NCBI GenBank assembly: GCA_016234205.1
Contig: JACRGN010000300.1
Coordinates: 1 to 57,607 of the forward strand
Source of the DNA: Nitrospinota bacterium
GTDB taxonomy: Bacteria > Nitrospinota > Nitrospinia > UBA9942
Length of the DNA: 57,607 bases
Direction: 5' to 3'
Below the pieces are notes generated by a model that saw only the letters and a program-made list of their open reading frames with translations, made no database searches and had not been told where the DNA came from. The translations under genes and the position numbers were made by a program. This document shows, piece by piece, positions 38,172-47,020 of the stretch; within the stretch, counting starts at the first letter, position 1; each line of letters starts with the position of its first letter.

Positions 38172-38891
38172 CTATCTCACAAGGGAATAGACCATATTAC
38201 CGCTCTTCCATATGTCTACTTCACAATCTTTAAATGGTAAATGATATTTTTTGTTATCTTCCATCTCATACCTGATTTTATTAGTGTCAATGGCGTAAAG
38301 GGAGATTCTCTTATCCCCTTTCTTATAAAAGAGATAGGCTACTTCATTTCTACCAAGCTTGCATTTTCTGCCTCCCACAAGTTTTAATCCCGACTCTCCA
38401 ATCTCTGGAATTGAGACAGGAAAACTCAACCTTTCTCTGAACCAAAGGCTAATATCTTTTACTTCCTCTGCCTTGAACATCATTGGGAGGTTTTCCATAT
38501 GACTCTCAAATGACAGTCTCCCTACTTCTTCTACACTCCTGAAGTATGCAAAATTATAGGAGATAAATAATAGCACCATAGCTGCTACAGCCAATGCAGG
38601 GGCAACAGTCTTCCACAAACTTGTCCCTGCATGTTTTAAGCGGGGAACAGATGACCTCTTTTTCACGCCAGATATAGTTCGTATATTTAATTCTATACGG
38701 TTGAGCAGTCCATCAGGCACTTCCCTCATATAAAGTTCTTTTCTAAACTTGTTTTCAATATCGGTGTCTATTTTGTTCATAACACTACATTCTTTGCATG
38801 TCTTTGCATGAAGATACGCCTCTGAGACAATCCCTTCACTGGATAGAATCTCTCTTTTTCTAAACCACTCTCTATATTCCTGACAATTCAT
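38172..38891 (-). CDS. Anti-sigma factor (zf-HC2 N-terminus, one TM, periplasmic domain)
   Basis: CQEYREW...HAKTCKEC zinc-finger pattern, central TM, start overlaps sigma stop (ATGA). Confidence 0.72.
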   Translation of the reverse strand: MNCQEYREWFRKREILSSEGIVSEAYLHAKTCKECSVMNKIDTDIENKFRKELYMREVPDGLLNRIELNIRTISGVKKRSSVPRLKHAGTSLWKTVAPALAVAAMVLLFISYNFAYFRSVEEVGRLSFESHMENLPMMFKAEEVKDISLWFRERLSFPVSIPEIGESGLKLVGGRKCKLGRNEVAYLFYKKGDKRISLYAIDTNKIRYEMEDNKKYHLPFKDCEVDIWKSGNMVYSLVR

Positions 38892-39580
38892 AAAACAAAA
38901 AGATTAAGGAGAAATAGGGAAAGGGAGAATAAAAATAGTATTTTTTTCTCTGTCTCTCCACCTTCTCCCTTTCTCCTTACAGGATTCTTAAAATTAGCCC
39001 TGATTACCTTAGTTTCATTTGCCATTAGATTCGCTTCGCTCACTACAAGATTTTTTAACATTATATTTTTTACAAAATCCCTCCCCCTTGAGATACGGGA
39101 CATAACAGTTCCAATAGGTATATTCAAAGTATCTGCAATCTCTTTATAGGAGCGATTGTCCATATAAAATAAAAGAAAAGGGGATTTATATTTTTCAGGT
39201 ATTCTGTCCAAGAGCGGCTGTATACCCTGATTATCTATTTTTTTAATCATCTCATTTTCACTGTAATTTTTTGCAGCAATAGACTCTAAATTTTGCAGAT
39301 ACTCCCCTTCGTCATCAAGATTTAGCTCTCTGAAATTTCCCTTTCTTTCTACTTCCTTCAAATAAAGATTTCTCATAATTGAAAAGAGCCAGTTTTTACA
39401 TTTATCTTCATCCTTTAACTGGTGAAATCTTTTAAAGGCAATGTAAAATGTCTCCTGTGTTAGATCCTCTGCGTCGTATTCGTTTCCAGATAGCTTTAAA
39501 GCCATATTGTAGATAAATTTTAGATGTGGGAGGGCTATTTGCTTGAAACCATCTTCGGTTCTCTTTTTTGAAAATATCAT
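38888..39580 (-). CDS. ECF-type RNA polymerase sigma factor whose C-terminal tail reads through a repeat element
   Basis: Region 2 (DAEDLTQETF, FKRF) and region 4 (SYKEIADTLNIPIGTVMSRISRGR); the last ~30 aa are encoded by repeat 38893-38979. Confidence 0.85.
   Translation of the reverse strand: MIFSKKRTEDGFKQIALPHLKFIYNMALKLSGNEYDAEDLTQETFYIAFKRFHQLKDEDKCKNWLFSIMRNLYLKEVERKGNFRELNLDDEGEYLQNLESIAAKNYSENEMIKKIDNQGIQPLLDRIPEKYKSPFLLFYMDNRSYKEIADTLNIPIGTVMSRISRGRDFVKNIMLKNLVVSEANLMANETKVIRANFKNPVRRKGEGGETEKKILFLFSLSLFLLNLFVL
38893..38979. repeat. 'ggagaa/ttctcc' element lying inside the sigma-factor ORF tail
   Basis: aaacaaaaagattaaggagaaatagggaaagggagaat...ttctctgtctctccaccttctccctttctcctta. 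Confidence 0.85.
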
Positions 39581-39594
39581 TTATAAAAAATTCG

Positions 39595-39789
39595 CCACAG
39601 AGGCACGGAGACACAGAGAAAAACCATAAGGAGAAATGGGGAAAGTTTTATTGGTTGGATTGGTTAAAACCAATCAAACCAATTAAACCAATAAAACATC
39701 TTTATGTTTTTTTCTCCATCTCTCCATCTTCTCCCCTTTTCCTTAATCTTTTTTGTTTTTGCTTTCTCCGTGCATCAGTGTCTCTGTGG
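39595..39789. repeat. Triple-nested palindromic element (ctgtg arms > ggagaa arms > ttggtt/aaccaa core)
   Basis: ccacagaggcacggagacacagag ... ataaggagaaatggggaaag ... ttggttggattggtt aaaaccaatcaaaccaattaaaccaa ... ttctccatctctccatcttctcc ... ctccgtgcatcagtgtctctgtgg. Confidence 0.9.
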
Positions 39790-39806
39790 TTAAATCAGGT
39801 TTTTGT

Positions 39807-40292
39807 TTATTCAATCAGCCTATCAAAATGTCTATCAAGGTCGTCAGGCGTAGCAGAGGAGCGATAACGGATAATACCCTTTTTGTCTATTATTACCATA
39901 GTAGGTGTTCCTATTACATTATACAGCTTTGTAACAAGGCTGTCATTATCAAATAGGACAGGATAGGGGAGACTATGTTTTTCCTTATACAGGGCAGCCT
40001 TTTTAGCAGAATCATTAATACCCACATTAATAGCTAACATTGTAAGCCCCTTTGATTGAAATTGTGAGTATATCTCCTTTAATTTCGGTATCTCTTCCTT
40101 GCAGGCAGGACACCATGTAGCCCAGAAAATGATATATACAGGATTTTTTCCCTTATAATCGCTTAATCTCACATCTCTACCTTCAAGGGTCTTTAAGCTG
40201 AAATCCGGTGCAGGATTTCCAGTCTCTGTGGCATAGGAGTATGGGGCAAAGAAAAATATAAGTATTATTAATGTTTTTAAAATTAAAAGCAT
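39807..40292 (-). CDS. Periplasmic thiol:disulfide oxidoreductase (TlpA/ResA-like)
   Basis: Signal peptide; FWATWCPACKEE active site; thioredoxin fold length. Confidence 0.87.
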   Translation of the reverse strand: MLLILKTLIILIFFFAPYSYATETGNPAPDFSLKTLEGRDVRLSDYKGKNPVYIIFWATWCPACKEEIPKLKEIYSQFQSKGLTMLAINVGINDSAKKAALYKEKHSLPYPVLFDNDSLVTKLYNVIGTPTMVIIDKKGIIRYRSSATPDDLDRHFDRLIE

Positions 40293-40350
40293 AATCTGTC
40301 TCCCTTAAATCGTACGACCAACTTTCGTGGGTGCCCCGAAATCATAAATC

Positions 40351-41061
40351 CTAAATTATAAGCTGTCCCATCTTTATTAAAAAATATTCACCCAGCCCTA
40401 TCATAAATAATCCAAGAGCCTTTTTAATCTTTACCATCCACATTCCTGACTTTGGAAAGGATGATAGAATACCTGAAAATGTCCCTACCAGCACAAGTAG
40501 TATGCCAAGCCCAAAAGAAAAAGCAAAGAGGAGTGATATTCCAAATAAAACATTCTGTTTTGCCGCTACATAGGTAAGTATTACACCAAGAACAGGGGCT
40601 GTGCATGGTGCAGCTACAAAACCTGATGCAATTCCTATAAGGATGGCACCTGTAAAACCTCTGTGCCTTGAATCTGAAACCCCGCCTGTCAGAAAGGAAG
40701 GGATTGGCAGTATAAAGACATCAAGCATACTCAATCCGAATAGTATGATAATATTGGCAACTATAAAATATGCATAGGGATTTGTGCTTATCTCTCCAAA
40801 GAATCTGCCTGTTAACGATGCAAATGCCCCTAACGATGAATAGGTAATTGCAACCCCGATAACATAAAATAAAGATAAAATAAAGGCATCTATTTTTGAC
40901 CTGCTTCCAAGATTCTGTGAGCTTACATATCCGGCAGTAATAGGTATCATAGGATACACACATGGTGTAAAACTTGTTAATACCCCTCCAATAAAGGCTG
41001 CCATTAATGACATTAAAATAGAGCTTTGTAAATAGTTTTCAAATCCGGTAATTAATTCCAT
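40351..41061 (-). CDS. ccdA: Cytochrome c biogenesis thiol-transfer membrane protein (CcdA/DsbD-beta family)
   Basis: Six TM helices with two conserved Cys motifs (SFTPCVYPMIP and AAPCTAPVLG). Confidence 0.87.
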   Translation of the reverse strand: MELITGFENYLQSSILMSLMAAFIGGVLTSFTPCVYPMIPITAGYVSSQNLGSRSKIDAFILSLFYVIGVAITYSSLGAFASLTGRFFGEISTNPYAYFIVANIIILFGLSMLDVFILPIPSFLTGGVSDSRHRGFTGAILIGIASGFVAAPCTAPVLGVILTYVAAKQNVLFGISLLFAFSFGLGILLVLVGTFSGILSSFPKSGMWMVKIKKALGLFMIGLGEYFLIKMGQLII

Positions 41062-41078
41062 AATTTAATATATTTAGC

Positions 41079-41123
41079 CACAGACCCCGCACATAAATTT
41101 TATGTGCGGGGGAAAGTCTGTGG
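41079..41123. terminator. Third CCCCGCACATAA hairpin, nested inside ccacagac/gtctgtgg arms
   Basis: ccacagaccccgcacataaattttatgtgcgggggaaagtctgtgg; lies just downstream of the 41133 gene. Confidence 0.6.
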
Positions 41124-41132
41124 CAAAAAACT

Positions 41133-41663
41133 TCAGTGTGTTTGCCCTCCAATTGCGCATGGATTCTTTGCTGTACATGGATTTTTAATATTTTTATGGT
41201 CATGTGACAGGGCAGGGACTTCTCCCACCTTTCTTGTCATGAGCCTCTTAGCGAGGAGCATATCCTCTTCATAGCCAGCCTTCTGAATCTGCTCCGTTGT
41301 TACTCCCTCTACCTGAATGTCATCTATCTCAATGAAATTGGCAATTGGATACAGATAGCCTGTTATTGTAGCCTTTTTCTTTTCCAGCAGCTCATGGCTC
41401 CGTATCACATCGTGCCCTTTTGCATTATCAACAATTGACCACAAAGTTCCATCTGCAGTCTTAAATCCGATGGCGTGATGGGCATACAAGTCGCATTGGG
41501 CATTTGCACCATCAAGTTTTTTCAGGCTGCACCCGACACATAACAGATCACCAGTCAGTGTAATTTTTGATAGCCCCTTGTTGGCATCCCAACCACCTGC
41601 CCATACACTTGATGTTATGAAAAATATTGATACAACCATTGGCAATAGATACTTTTTAATCAT
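41133..41663 (-). CDS. Secreted hypothetical protein with a CxxC motif and a C-terminal KNPC-x2-KNPC tail
   Basis: Signal peptide, LLCVGCSL, C-terminal KNIKNPCTAKNPCAIGG; AGGAGG RBS. Confidence 0.6.
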   Translation of the reverse strand: MIKKYLLPMVVSIFFITSSVWAGGWDANKGLSKITLTGDLLCVGCSLKKLDGANAQCDLYAHHAIGFKTADGTLWSIVDNAKGHDVIRSHELLEKKKATITGYLYPIANFIEIDDIQVEGVTTEQIQKAGYEEDMLLAKRLMTRKVGEVPALSHDHKNIKNPCTAKNPCAIGGQTH

Positions 41664-41871
41664 CTAAATTTTCCTCCTTTTATTAATCTGTGTTAATTTG
41701 CAAGTCTGACCATACTTCACCGCTTTACCTCTACTTGAATAAAAATTTACAGATTGTCACCTCCTTCCATCATAATCTTTATAATATATAGATACTTTTT
41801 TGATTAAATTTATTCCATAAATTTTATTTTCTTTTCAATTATTCTATGAAAGGGTCACGTATTAAAACTTG

Positions 41872-41905
41872 CATGAAATAGTCATGAAATAGTCATTGAA
41901 ACAGT
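41872..41905. promoter_or_regulatory. Three 11-12-bp direct repeats in the divergent 41133/tatA intergenic region
   Basis: catgaaatagt catgaaatagt cattgaaacagt. Confidence 0.3.
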
Positions 41906-41983
41906 ATCGTTTATAAATTATAATCAAAACAGTTAGCATATTGAATTTTAATTCCTTATCGTAAAAGTCCTTGGGAGAATTAA

Positions 41984-42247
41984 ATGTTTGGAATAGGGAT
42001 GCCAGAGTTGATAGTAATACTTATCATTGCAATTGTGATAATCGGTCCTGATAAGCTTCCTGAGATTGCAAGGGCACTTGGGAGAGGTTATGCAGAATTT
42101 CAGAAGACCCTGAAAAATGTAAAGAACACTATTGACAGGGCTGAGTCCGACTTTGAAAGGACATCCAACATGGAAGAGAAGGGAGGTATTGGAAGTGGAG
42201 AGAGGGCAGGAGATGAAGAAAAAGAAGATCAGAAAAGTCACCTCTGA
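41984..42247 (+). CDS. tatA: Twin-arginine translocase TatA/TatB-family protein
   Basis: [31 protein letters not shown]-terminus; GGGAGA RBS. Confidence 0.87.
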   Translation: MFGIGMPELIVILIIAIVIIGPDKLPEIARALGRGYAEFQKTLKNVKNTIDRAESDFERTSNMEEKGGIGSGERAGDEEKEDQKSHL

Positions 42248-42980
42248 AGAAAAACTCCCTTTTACTGAGCATTTAGAGGAACTCAGATGGAGATTGATTA
42301 TCATAATAGCTACAATTGCCGTGTGGTTTGGAATATGCTACACATATTCGGAAGATATTATAAGGTTTGTCCAGAAGCCGTTAAATCAGAAACTTATATT
42401 CATAAGTCCTACTGAGGCTTTCTTCGTAAATTTAAAGGCTTCATTTTTTGGAGCAATCTTCCTATCCATCCCTGTAATAATTTATGAACTATGGGGGTTT
42501 GTATCTCCAGGATTACTTGAAAAGGAAAAAAAATATACGCTTCCTTTTATAATCTCTGCTACAGTATGCTTTATTATTGGTGTTGCTTTTTCATATTTTA
42601 TTGCCCTGCCGGTTATTATGAAATTTATGTTGGGTTTTGCAGGAGAAAAGCTTAGACCTATGATTTCAATAGATAACTACATTTCCTTTGTTGGAAGGTT
42701 TATGATAGGCTCTGGCGTCATATTTGAATTTCCTGTTGTTATCTTTTTTTTAAGTAAGATAGGCATAGCAACACCAGAATTTCTTTCCCAGAAAAGGGGA
42801 TATGCCATACTGGGAATATTTATCCTTTCTGCAGTCCTTACACCTCCTGATATATTTACCATGTTTCTTATGGCAATTCCTTTAATGGCTCTGTATGAAA
42901 TAAGCATAATTATAGCCCGATTATTTGGAAAGCGGGTTGATATGTCAGCAGTTGGCAGTCAGCTTAAGGCTAAAAGCTAA
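42213..42980 (+). CDS. tatC: Twin-arginine translocase subunit TatC
   Basis: [15 protein letters not shown]-terminus, six TM helices; ATG 42213 overlaps the end of tatA. Confidence 0.9.
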   Translation: MKKKKIRKVTSEEKLPFTEHLEELRWRLIIIIATIAVWFGICYTYSEDIIRFVQKPLNQKLIFISPTEAFFVNLKASFFGAIFLSIPVIIYELWGFVSPGLLEKEKKYTLPFIISATVCFIIGVAFSYFIALPVIMKFMLGFAGEKLRPMISIDNYISFVGRFMIGSGVIFEFPVVIFFLSKIGIATPEFLSQKRGYAILGIFILSAVLTPPDIFTMFLMAIPLMALYEISIIIARLFGKRVDMSAVGSQLKAKS

Positions 42981-43885
42981 TGGCTTGCCCCTTCTATGAT
43001 TCTGAATATATGAAGCACAAAAGGAAAAAGTGCATCCATAGCTTCCTGTGCACCTTTAGTTGAGCCTGGAAGTGCGAGTATAAGCGTTTTCCCTTTCATC
43101 CCTGCTACGCTGCGTGACAACATAGAGTATGGTGTTCGCTCCTGCCCATAATTTCTTGCCGCCTCAACAATCCCGGGAATTTCTTTATCAAGCAGGGGAC
43201 GAATGGCTTCGGGTGTAACATCGGTAGGAGATAGCCCTGTGCCTCCAGTCAGGATAATCATATCGTTCTTTGCTTTATAAAGCTTTAATACTTTTCCCTT
43301 AATAACTTTTGCTTTATCCGGAATAACGGAATAATCTGAAACTGCAACATTGCACTGCTCTAATTTTTTGATGATTGCCTTTCCTGCTTTATCCTCCTTT
43401 TTTCCGGCGGAAATACTGTCAGAGCATACAACTACCGCAGCCTTGAGATCTTTCCTGAATTTATCTGTCCAATCTGATTTGCCGCCTTTTTTCTCTTTTA
43501 ATTTTATAGAACAAATCTCAATTCCTTTATCAATCGGCTTAAGCATATCGTAAATTGTGAGTGCAATAACCGATGCCCCATGCATTGCCTCTACTTCAAC
43601 GCCGGTTTTGTAAATTGTATGCACTTCAATCTCAATATGAATCTCAAGATTTGCTATTTCGTAACGAACAGCTGCAAATTCAACCGGCATCGGATGACAA
43701 TCAGGAATCATATCGCTGGTGCGCTTCACAGCATAAAGTCCCGCCACACGCGATGCTTCAAGCACATTGCCCTTAGGCACAGTATTGTTTTTTACCGCTT
43801 CTATGGTTTCCTGCCTGCCTACTTTTACAATAGCCTGAGCAATAGCTTTTCTGAGAGTGGTGGATTTGTTCGTAATGTTAATCAT
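42977..43885 (-). CDS. moaC: Bifunctional MoaC (cyclic pyranopterin monophosphate synthase) / MogA-MoaB-type domain
   Basis: N-terminal half MIPDCHPMP...[20 protein letters not shown]; C-terminal half VVVCSDS...[15 protein letters not shown]...PGST. Confidence 0.87.
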   Translation of the reverse strand: MINITNKSTTLRKAIAQAIVKVGRQETIEAVKNNTVPKGNVLEASRVAGLYAVKRTSDMIPDCHPMPVEFAAVRYEIANLEIHIEIEVHTIYKTGVEVEAMHGASVIALTIYDMLKPIDKGIEICSIKLKEKKGGKSDWTDKFRKDLKAAVVVCSDSISAGKKEDKAGKAIIKKLEQCNVAVSDYSVIPDKAKVIKGKVLKLYKAKNDMIILTGGTGLSPTDVTPEAIRPLLDKEIPGIVEAARNYGQERTPYSMLSRSVAGMKGKTLILALPGSTKGAQEAMDALFPFVLHIFRIIEGASH

Positions 43886-43891
43886 AATGTT

Positions 43892-44323
43892 TTAACTGTT
43901 ATTTTGTTTCCATACATAAGTTTCATCATTAAATATTTCCTTCCCCCAAATAGGCACATTGGCTTTTATTTGCTCAATAATTTCTCGGCATGCACTAAAC
44001 GCATCATTTCTATGCCTTGAAGAAACGAAAACAAACATACTGATTTCTCCTGCTTTTACTTTCCCCAAACTATGATAGATATGCATGCAGGTCAATTCGT
44101 ATTTTGCAAAAGCATCTTCTCTGATTTTGTGAAATTCTTTTTCAGCCATCTCGTTGTAAGCCGAGTATTCAATAGCCTGCACAGTTTTACCGCCAATTAC
44201 ATCATCTCTAACCTGTCCGAGAAATATTGTATGCGCACCGATACCGGTTTTGCTGCTGTGCTTAGCAATAGAATCAGCAATAAATACAGGATTTATTGCT
44301 CCTTCAATAAACACTTTGTTCAT
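43892..44323 (-). CDS. moaE: Molybdopterin synthase catalytic subunit
   Basis: GAHTIFLGQVRD, EYSAY, ISMFVFVSSRHR, PIWGKE motifs; ATG 44323 preferred because the upstream GTG at 44350 lies inside the repeat. Confidence 0.85.
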   Translation of the reverse strand: MNKVFIEGAINPVFIADSIAKHSSKTGIGAHTIFLGQVRDDVIGGKTVQAIEYSAYNEMAEKEFHKIREDAFAKYELTCMHIYHSLGKVKAGEISMFVFVSSRHRNDAFSACREIIEQIKANVPIWGKEIFNDETYVWKQNNS

Positions 44324-44338
44324 GTTAAGGAAATTATA
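44324..44338 (-). promoter_or_regulatory. TATAAT box 9 nt before moaE ATG, no SD
   Basis: Minus strand reads ctgtggcaaaaatttataatttccttaacATG. Confidence 0.4.
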
Positions 44339-44346
44339 AATTTTTG

Positions 44347-44409
44347 CCACAGAGGCACGGAGACACAGAGAAAAATATTTTTAAAAGTCTTAATCTGTGA
44401 AATCTGTGG
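44347..44409. repeat. Imperfect ctgtg-word inverted repeat
   Basis: ccacagaggcacggagacacagag ... cttaatctgtgaaatctgtgg. Confidence 0.7.
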
Positions 44410-44463
44410 TTGCTCAAGTTTTTGTTCTTTTTGTTTTGTGAACTCATCCTGTTTTAAATATTT

Positions 44464-44697
44464 TTATCCACCGGCAAATGGCGGAAGCAGAACAACTTCG
44501 CTGTTTTCATCTAATGAAATATCTTCGGATATAATTTGTTGATTCACTGCAATTTTATATTCTCTTCTCTTTAAATCAGGATATTTGGCATATAGCCTGT
44601 TTTTAAGCATATCTGTATTTGAAATATCTTCCAATTCCAGTGCATCCTTACCTAAAATATCAGCTATATACCCAAAAGCAATGACCTTAATTTTCAT
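44464..44697 (-). CDS. moaD: Molybdopterin synthase sulfur-carrier subunit (ThiS/MoaD fold, C-terminal GG)
   Basis: 77 aa ending PPFAGG; position between moeA and moaE. Confidence 0.82.
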   Translation of the reverse strand: MKIKVIAFGYIADILGKDALELEDISNTDMLKNRLYAKYPDLKRREYKIAVNQQIISEDISLDENSEVVLLPPFAGG

Positions 44698-44717
44698 ATA
44701 GTTACAAAGAAATTATA
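44698..44717 (-). promoter_or_regulatory. TATAAT box 14 nt before moaD ATG, no SD
   Basis: Minus strand reads ctgtggttaattttataatttctttgtaactatATG. Confidence 0.35.
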
Positions 44718-44723
44718 AAATTA

Positions 44724-44803
44724 ACCACAGATAAACACAGATGAACACTGACAGAATAAAGAAAAAAAGTTTTTATCTGCGTTAATCTGTGTCCATCTGT
44801 GGT
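44724..44803. repeat. ctgtg-word inverted repeat
   Basis: accacagataaacacagatgaacactgac ... atctgcgttaatctgtgtccatctgtggt. Confidence 0.8.
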
Positions 44804-44821
44804 TTCATCAGGTTTTTGCTC

Positions 44822-45994
44822 TTAAAATAAGTGAACTTCCACTTCTTCACCCTTTTTAACATCTCCTTTTTCAAGAGGAAGATAAATGAGTGAGTTTGCT
44901 TCGGCAAATGACTTCATTATATACGATTCCTGCCCTTCCAGCGGAAGCACACCATTATGAGTTATTTTTCCCTTAAGAAAATATGCCCTGTCAGTTTTTT
45001 TGCGGATTGCTTCACTCGTTTTAACATATTTTTTGGGCATAAAATACTCACTGAATCCCTGCATCTTTCTTATGACAGGATAAACATACTCATAATAGCA
45101 AGTAAGTGTTGCAGCAGGATTTCCTGGCAATGCAAAAATAATTTTACTTCCTTTTCTTCCTGCAAACAGAGGTTTTCCCGGCTTTTGCGCTACTTTATAA
45201 AATAATTCCCTCACTCCAAGCTTTTGCAATGTTTCTTTTACCAAATCGTATTTTCCCACTGAAATCCCTCCTGAAAGAATTAAAACATCAGAAGCACGTA
45301 GTAATCTCTGGATGGTTGAATGAAGAATTTTTTTATCGTCACGCAATTGAGCTGTAAATTTTGGATGTATTCCTATCTCCTGCAATGCAGCAGTCAGGGC
45401 AAAGGAGTTTGATTCGTATATTTTTCCCACTGTCAACGGTTTTCCCGCTTGCTTCAATTCATTCCCGGTAGTGATAATTGAAACAACCGGATTCTTATAC
45501 ACTTTAATATGTTTTATTCCGAGTGAAGCAAGAAACCCGATTGATGCCGGGTTCAGCACAGTTCCTTTTTTAAGAGCGATCTCTCCTTTTCGGATGTGCG
45601 AGCCGATTAATCGGATATTATCATTCCTTTTCGGAATGTAATCACTGATATAAATGCACTTATTTTCTTCCTGAGCTATTTCTTGAATAACAACACAATC
45701 GGCATCGGGAGGCACTGCTGCCCCTGTGAAAATTCTCACTGCCTGCCCTTTTTTTATTGTTATATTATGATTGTCGCCAGCCTTAATCTCCCCAATTAGC
45801 TCGTATTTATTCTTATTGTGCAATCTCAACGTATAACCATCCATTGCCGATTGATTGAAAGATGGAAGAGAAATCGGCGAGTAAATGTCTTCACACAACA
45901 CCCTGCCGGATGCTTTATCAATGCCAATCAGCTCTTTTGATGACATCCGTATTCTCTTTAACAGCTTATTTTTTGCATCTTCAACAGTAATCAT
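44822..45994 (-). CDS. moeA: Molybdopterin molybdotransferase
   Basis: SAMDGY, ILSGGISVGKYD, ALPGNPAA motifs. Confidence 0.92.
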   Translation of the reverse strand: MITVEDAKNKLLKRIRMSSKELIGIDKASGRVLCEDIYSPISLPSFNQSAMDGYTLRLHNKNKYELIGEIKAGDNHNITIKKGQAVRIFTGAAVPPDADCVVIQEIAQEENKCIYISDYIPKRNDNIRLIGSHIRKGEIALKKGTVLNPASIGFLASLGIKHIKVYKNPVVSIITTGNELKQAGKPLTVGKIYESNSFALTAALQEIGIHPKFTAQLRDDKKILHSTIQRLLRASDVLILSGGISVGKYDLVKETLQKLGVRELFYKVAQKPGKPLFAGRKGSKIIFALPGNPAATLTCYYEYVYPVIRKMQGFSEYFMPKKYVKTSEAIRKKTDRAYFLKGKITHNGVLPLEGQESYIMKSFAEANSLIYLPLEKGDVKKGEEVEVHLF

Positions 45995-46002
45995 AACTAA
46001 AG

Positions 46003-46743
46003 TTAAATGATAAAAAGTTTTACACTTGCAAAAAGCAGAACCGAAGTGAGAAGATATTTTAAAACAACTGTGTTGAACTTACCACTGCCATAATATGAAC
46101 CGAGTATTCCTCCAGTAAGGGCTGCAAAAACGAAATATATTAGCTGTGAGGGTAATGCGGTTTCTACATTTACAACTCCAGCCAATCCTGCAATTGAATT
46201 TACAAATATGAATAGTGCAGAGACAGCAGCAGTTTCTTTCATCTTTGCCCAATGAAACAACAGTAATAGGGGAGATAAAATAATTCCTCCACCAATTCCA
46301 ATCATTCCCGAAAGAAATCCTATCATTCCCCCAATAATAACTGCTGATGGTATATGAATCTGTTTAATCTCATCGCATTCTTTTCCAATAAATCCAAGCA
46401 GTCGCAGAGAAGCTATAATTAAACATACTCCAAGAATAATTTTATAAACCGAGGTGTCAATTTTGATTCCCGCACCAATAAACGCCATCGGCACGGATAG
46501 ACCCGTAAATGGAAGAAATATTTTCCATTTAAAATTTCCTACCTTGTAATAATGATAAAATGCAATGCCTGAAACAAGGATGTTCAGGATAAGAGCTGAT
46601 GGTTTCATCGCCTGAGGGCTGAAATTAAATATTGCCATGAGCGCAAGATAACCACTCGCCCCGCCATGTCCGACAGAAGAATAAAGAAATGCCACAAGCA
46701 ACATCAGAACAAGAAACACAAATAAGGTAGAATTCATATCCAT
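46003..46743 (-). CDS. TauE/SafE-family (DUF81) anion-export permease
   Basis: About 8 TM helices with internal duplication; GxGGG motifs (VGHGGASG, GIGGGIIL). Confidence 0.8.
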   Translation of the reverse strand: MDMNSTLFVFLVLMLLVAFLYSSVGHGGASGYLALMAIFNFSPQAMKPSALILNILVSGIAFYHYYKVGNFKWKIFLPFTGLSVPMAFIGAGIKIDTSVYKIILGVCLIIASLRLLGFIGKECDEIKQIHIPSAVIIGGMIGFLSGMIGIGGGIILSPLLLLFHWAKMKETAAVSALFIFVNSIAGLAGVVNVETALPSQLIYFVFAALTGGILGSYYGSGKFNTVVLKYLLTSVLLFASVKLFII

Positions 46744-46764
46744 AATGAGAATAAATTATGTAGA

Positions 46765-46962
46765 TTAACTCTTTTTACTATGTGCATCTTCATTTAGCTT
46801 TGCAGTAGTTTCTACTTCATCCTGTATCTCTTTTCCTGCATTTTTGAAATTTCTTATACCCCTCCCAAGCCCTGCACCAATCTCAGGCAGCTTACCAGCA
46901 CCAAATATTATCAAGACAATGACCATGATAACTATTAACTCAGGCATACCTAACCCAAACAT
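46765..46962 (-). CDS. tatA: Twin-arginine translocase TatA/E (second copy)
   Basis: [30 protein letters not shown]-terminus; GGAGG RBS. Confidence 0.87.
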   Translation of the reverse strand: MFGLGMPELIVIMVIVLIIFGAGKLPEIGAGLGRGIRNFKNAGKEIQDEVETTAKLNEDAHSKKS

Positions 46963-47020
46963 AATAAACCTCCTATTCTTTAATATAAGTTATTAAAATA
47001 AACTACTAACCCTGAAAACT

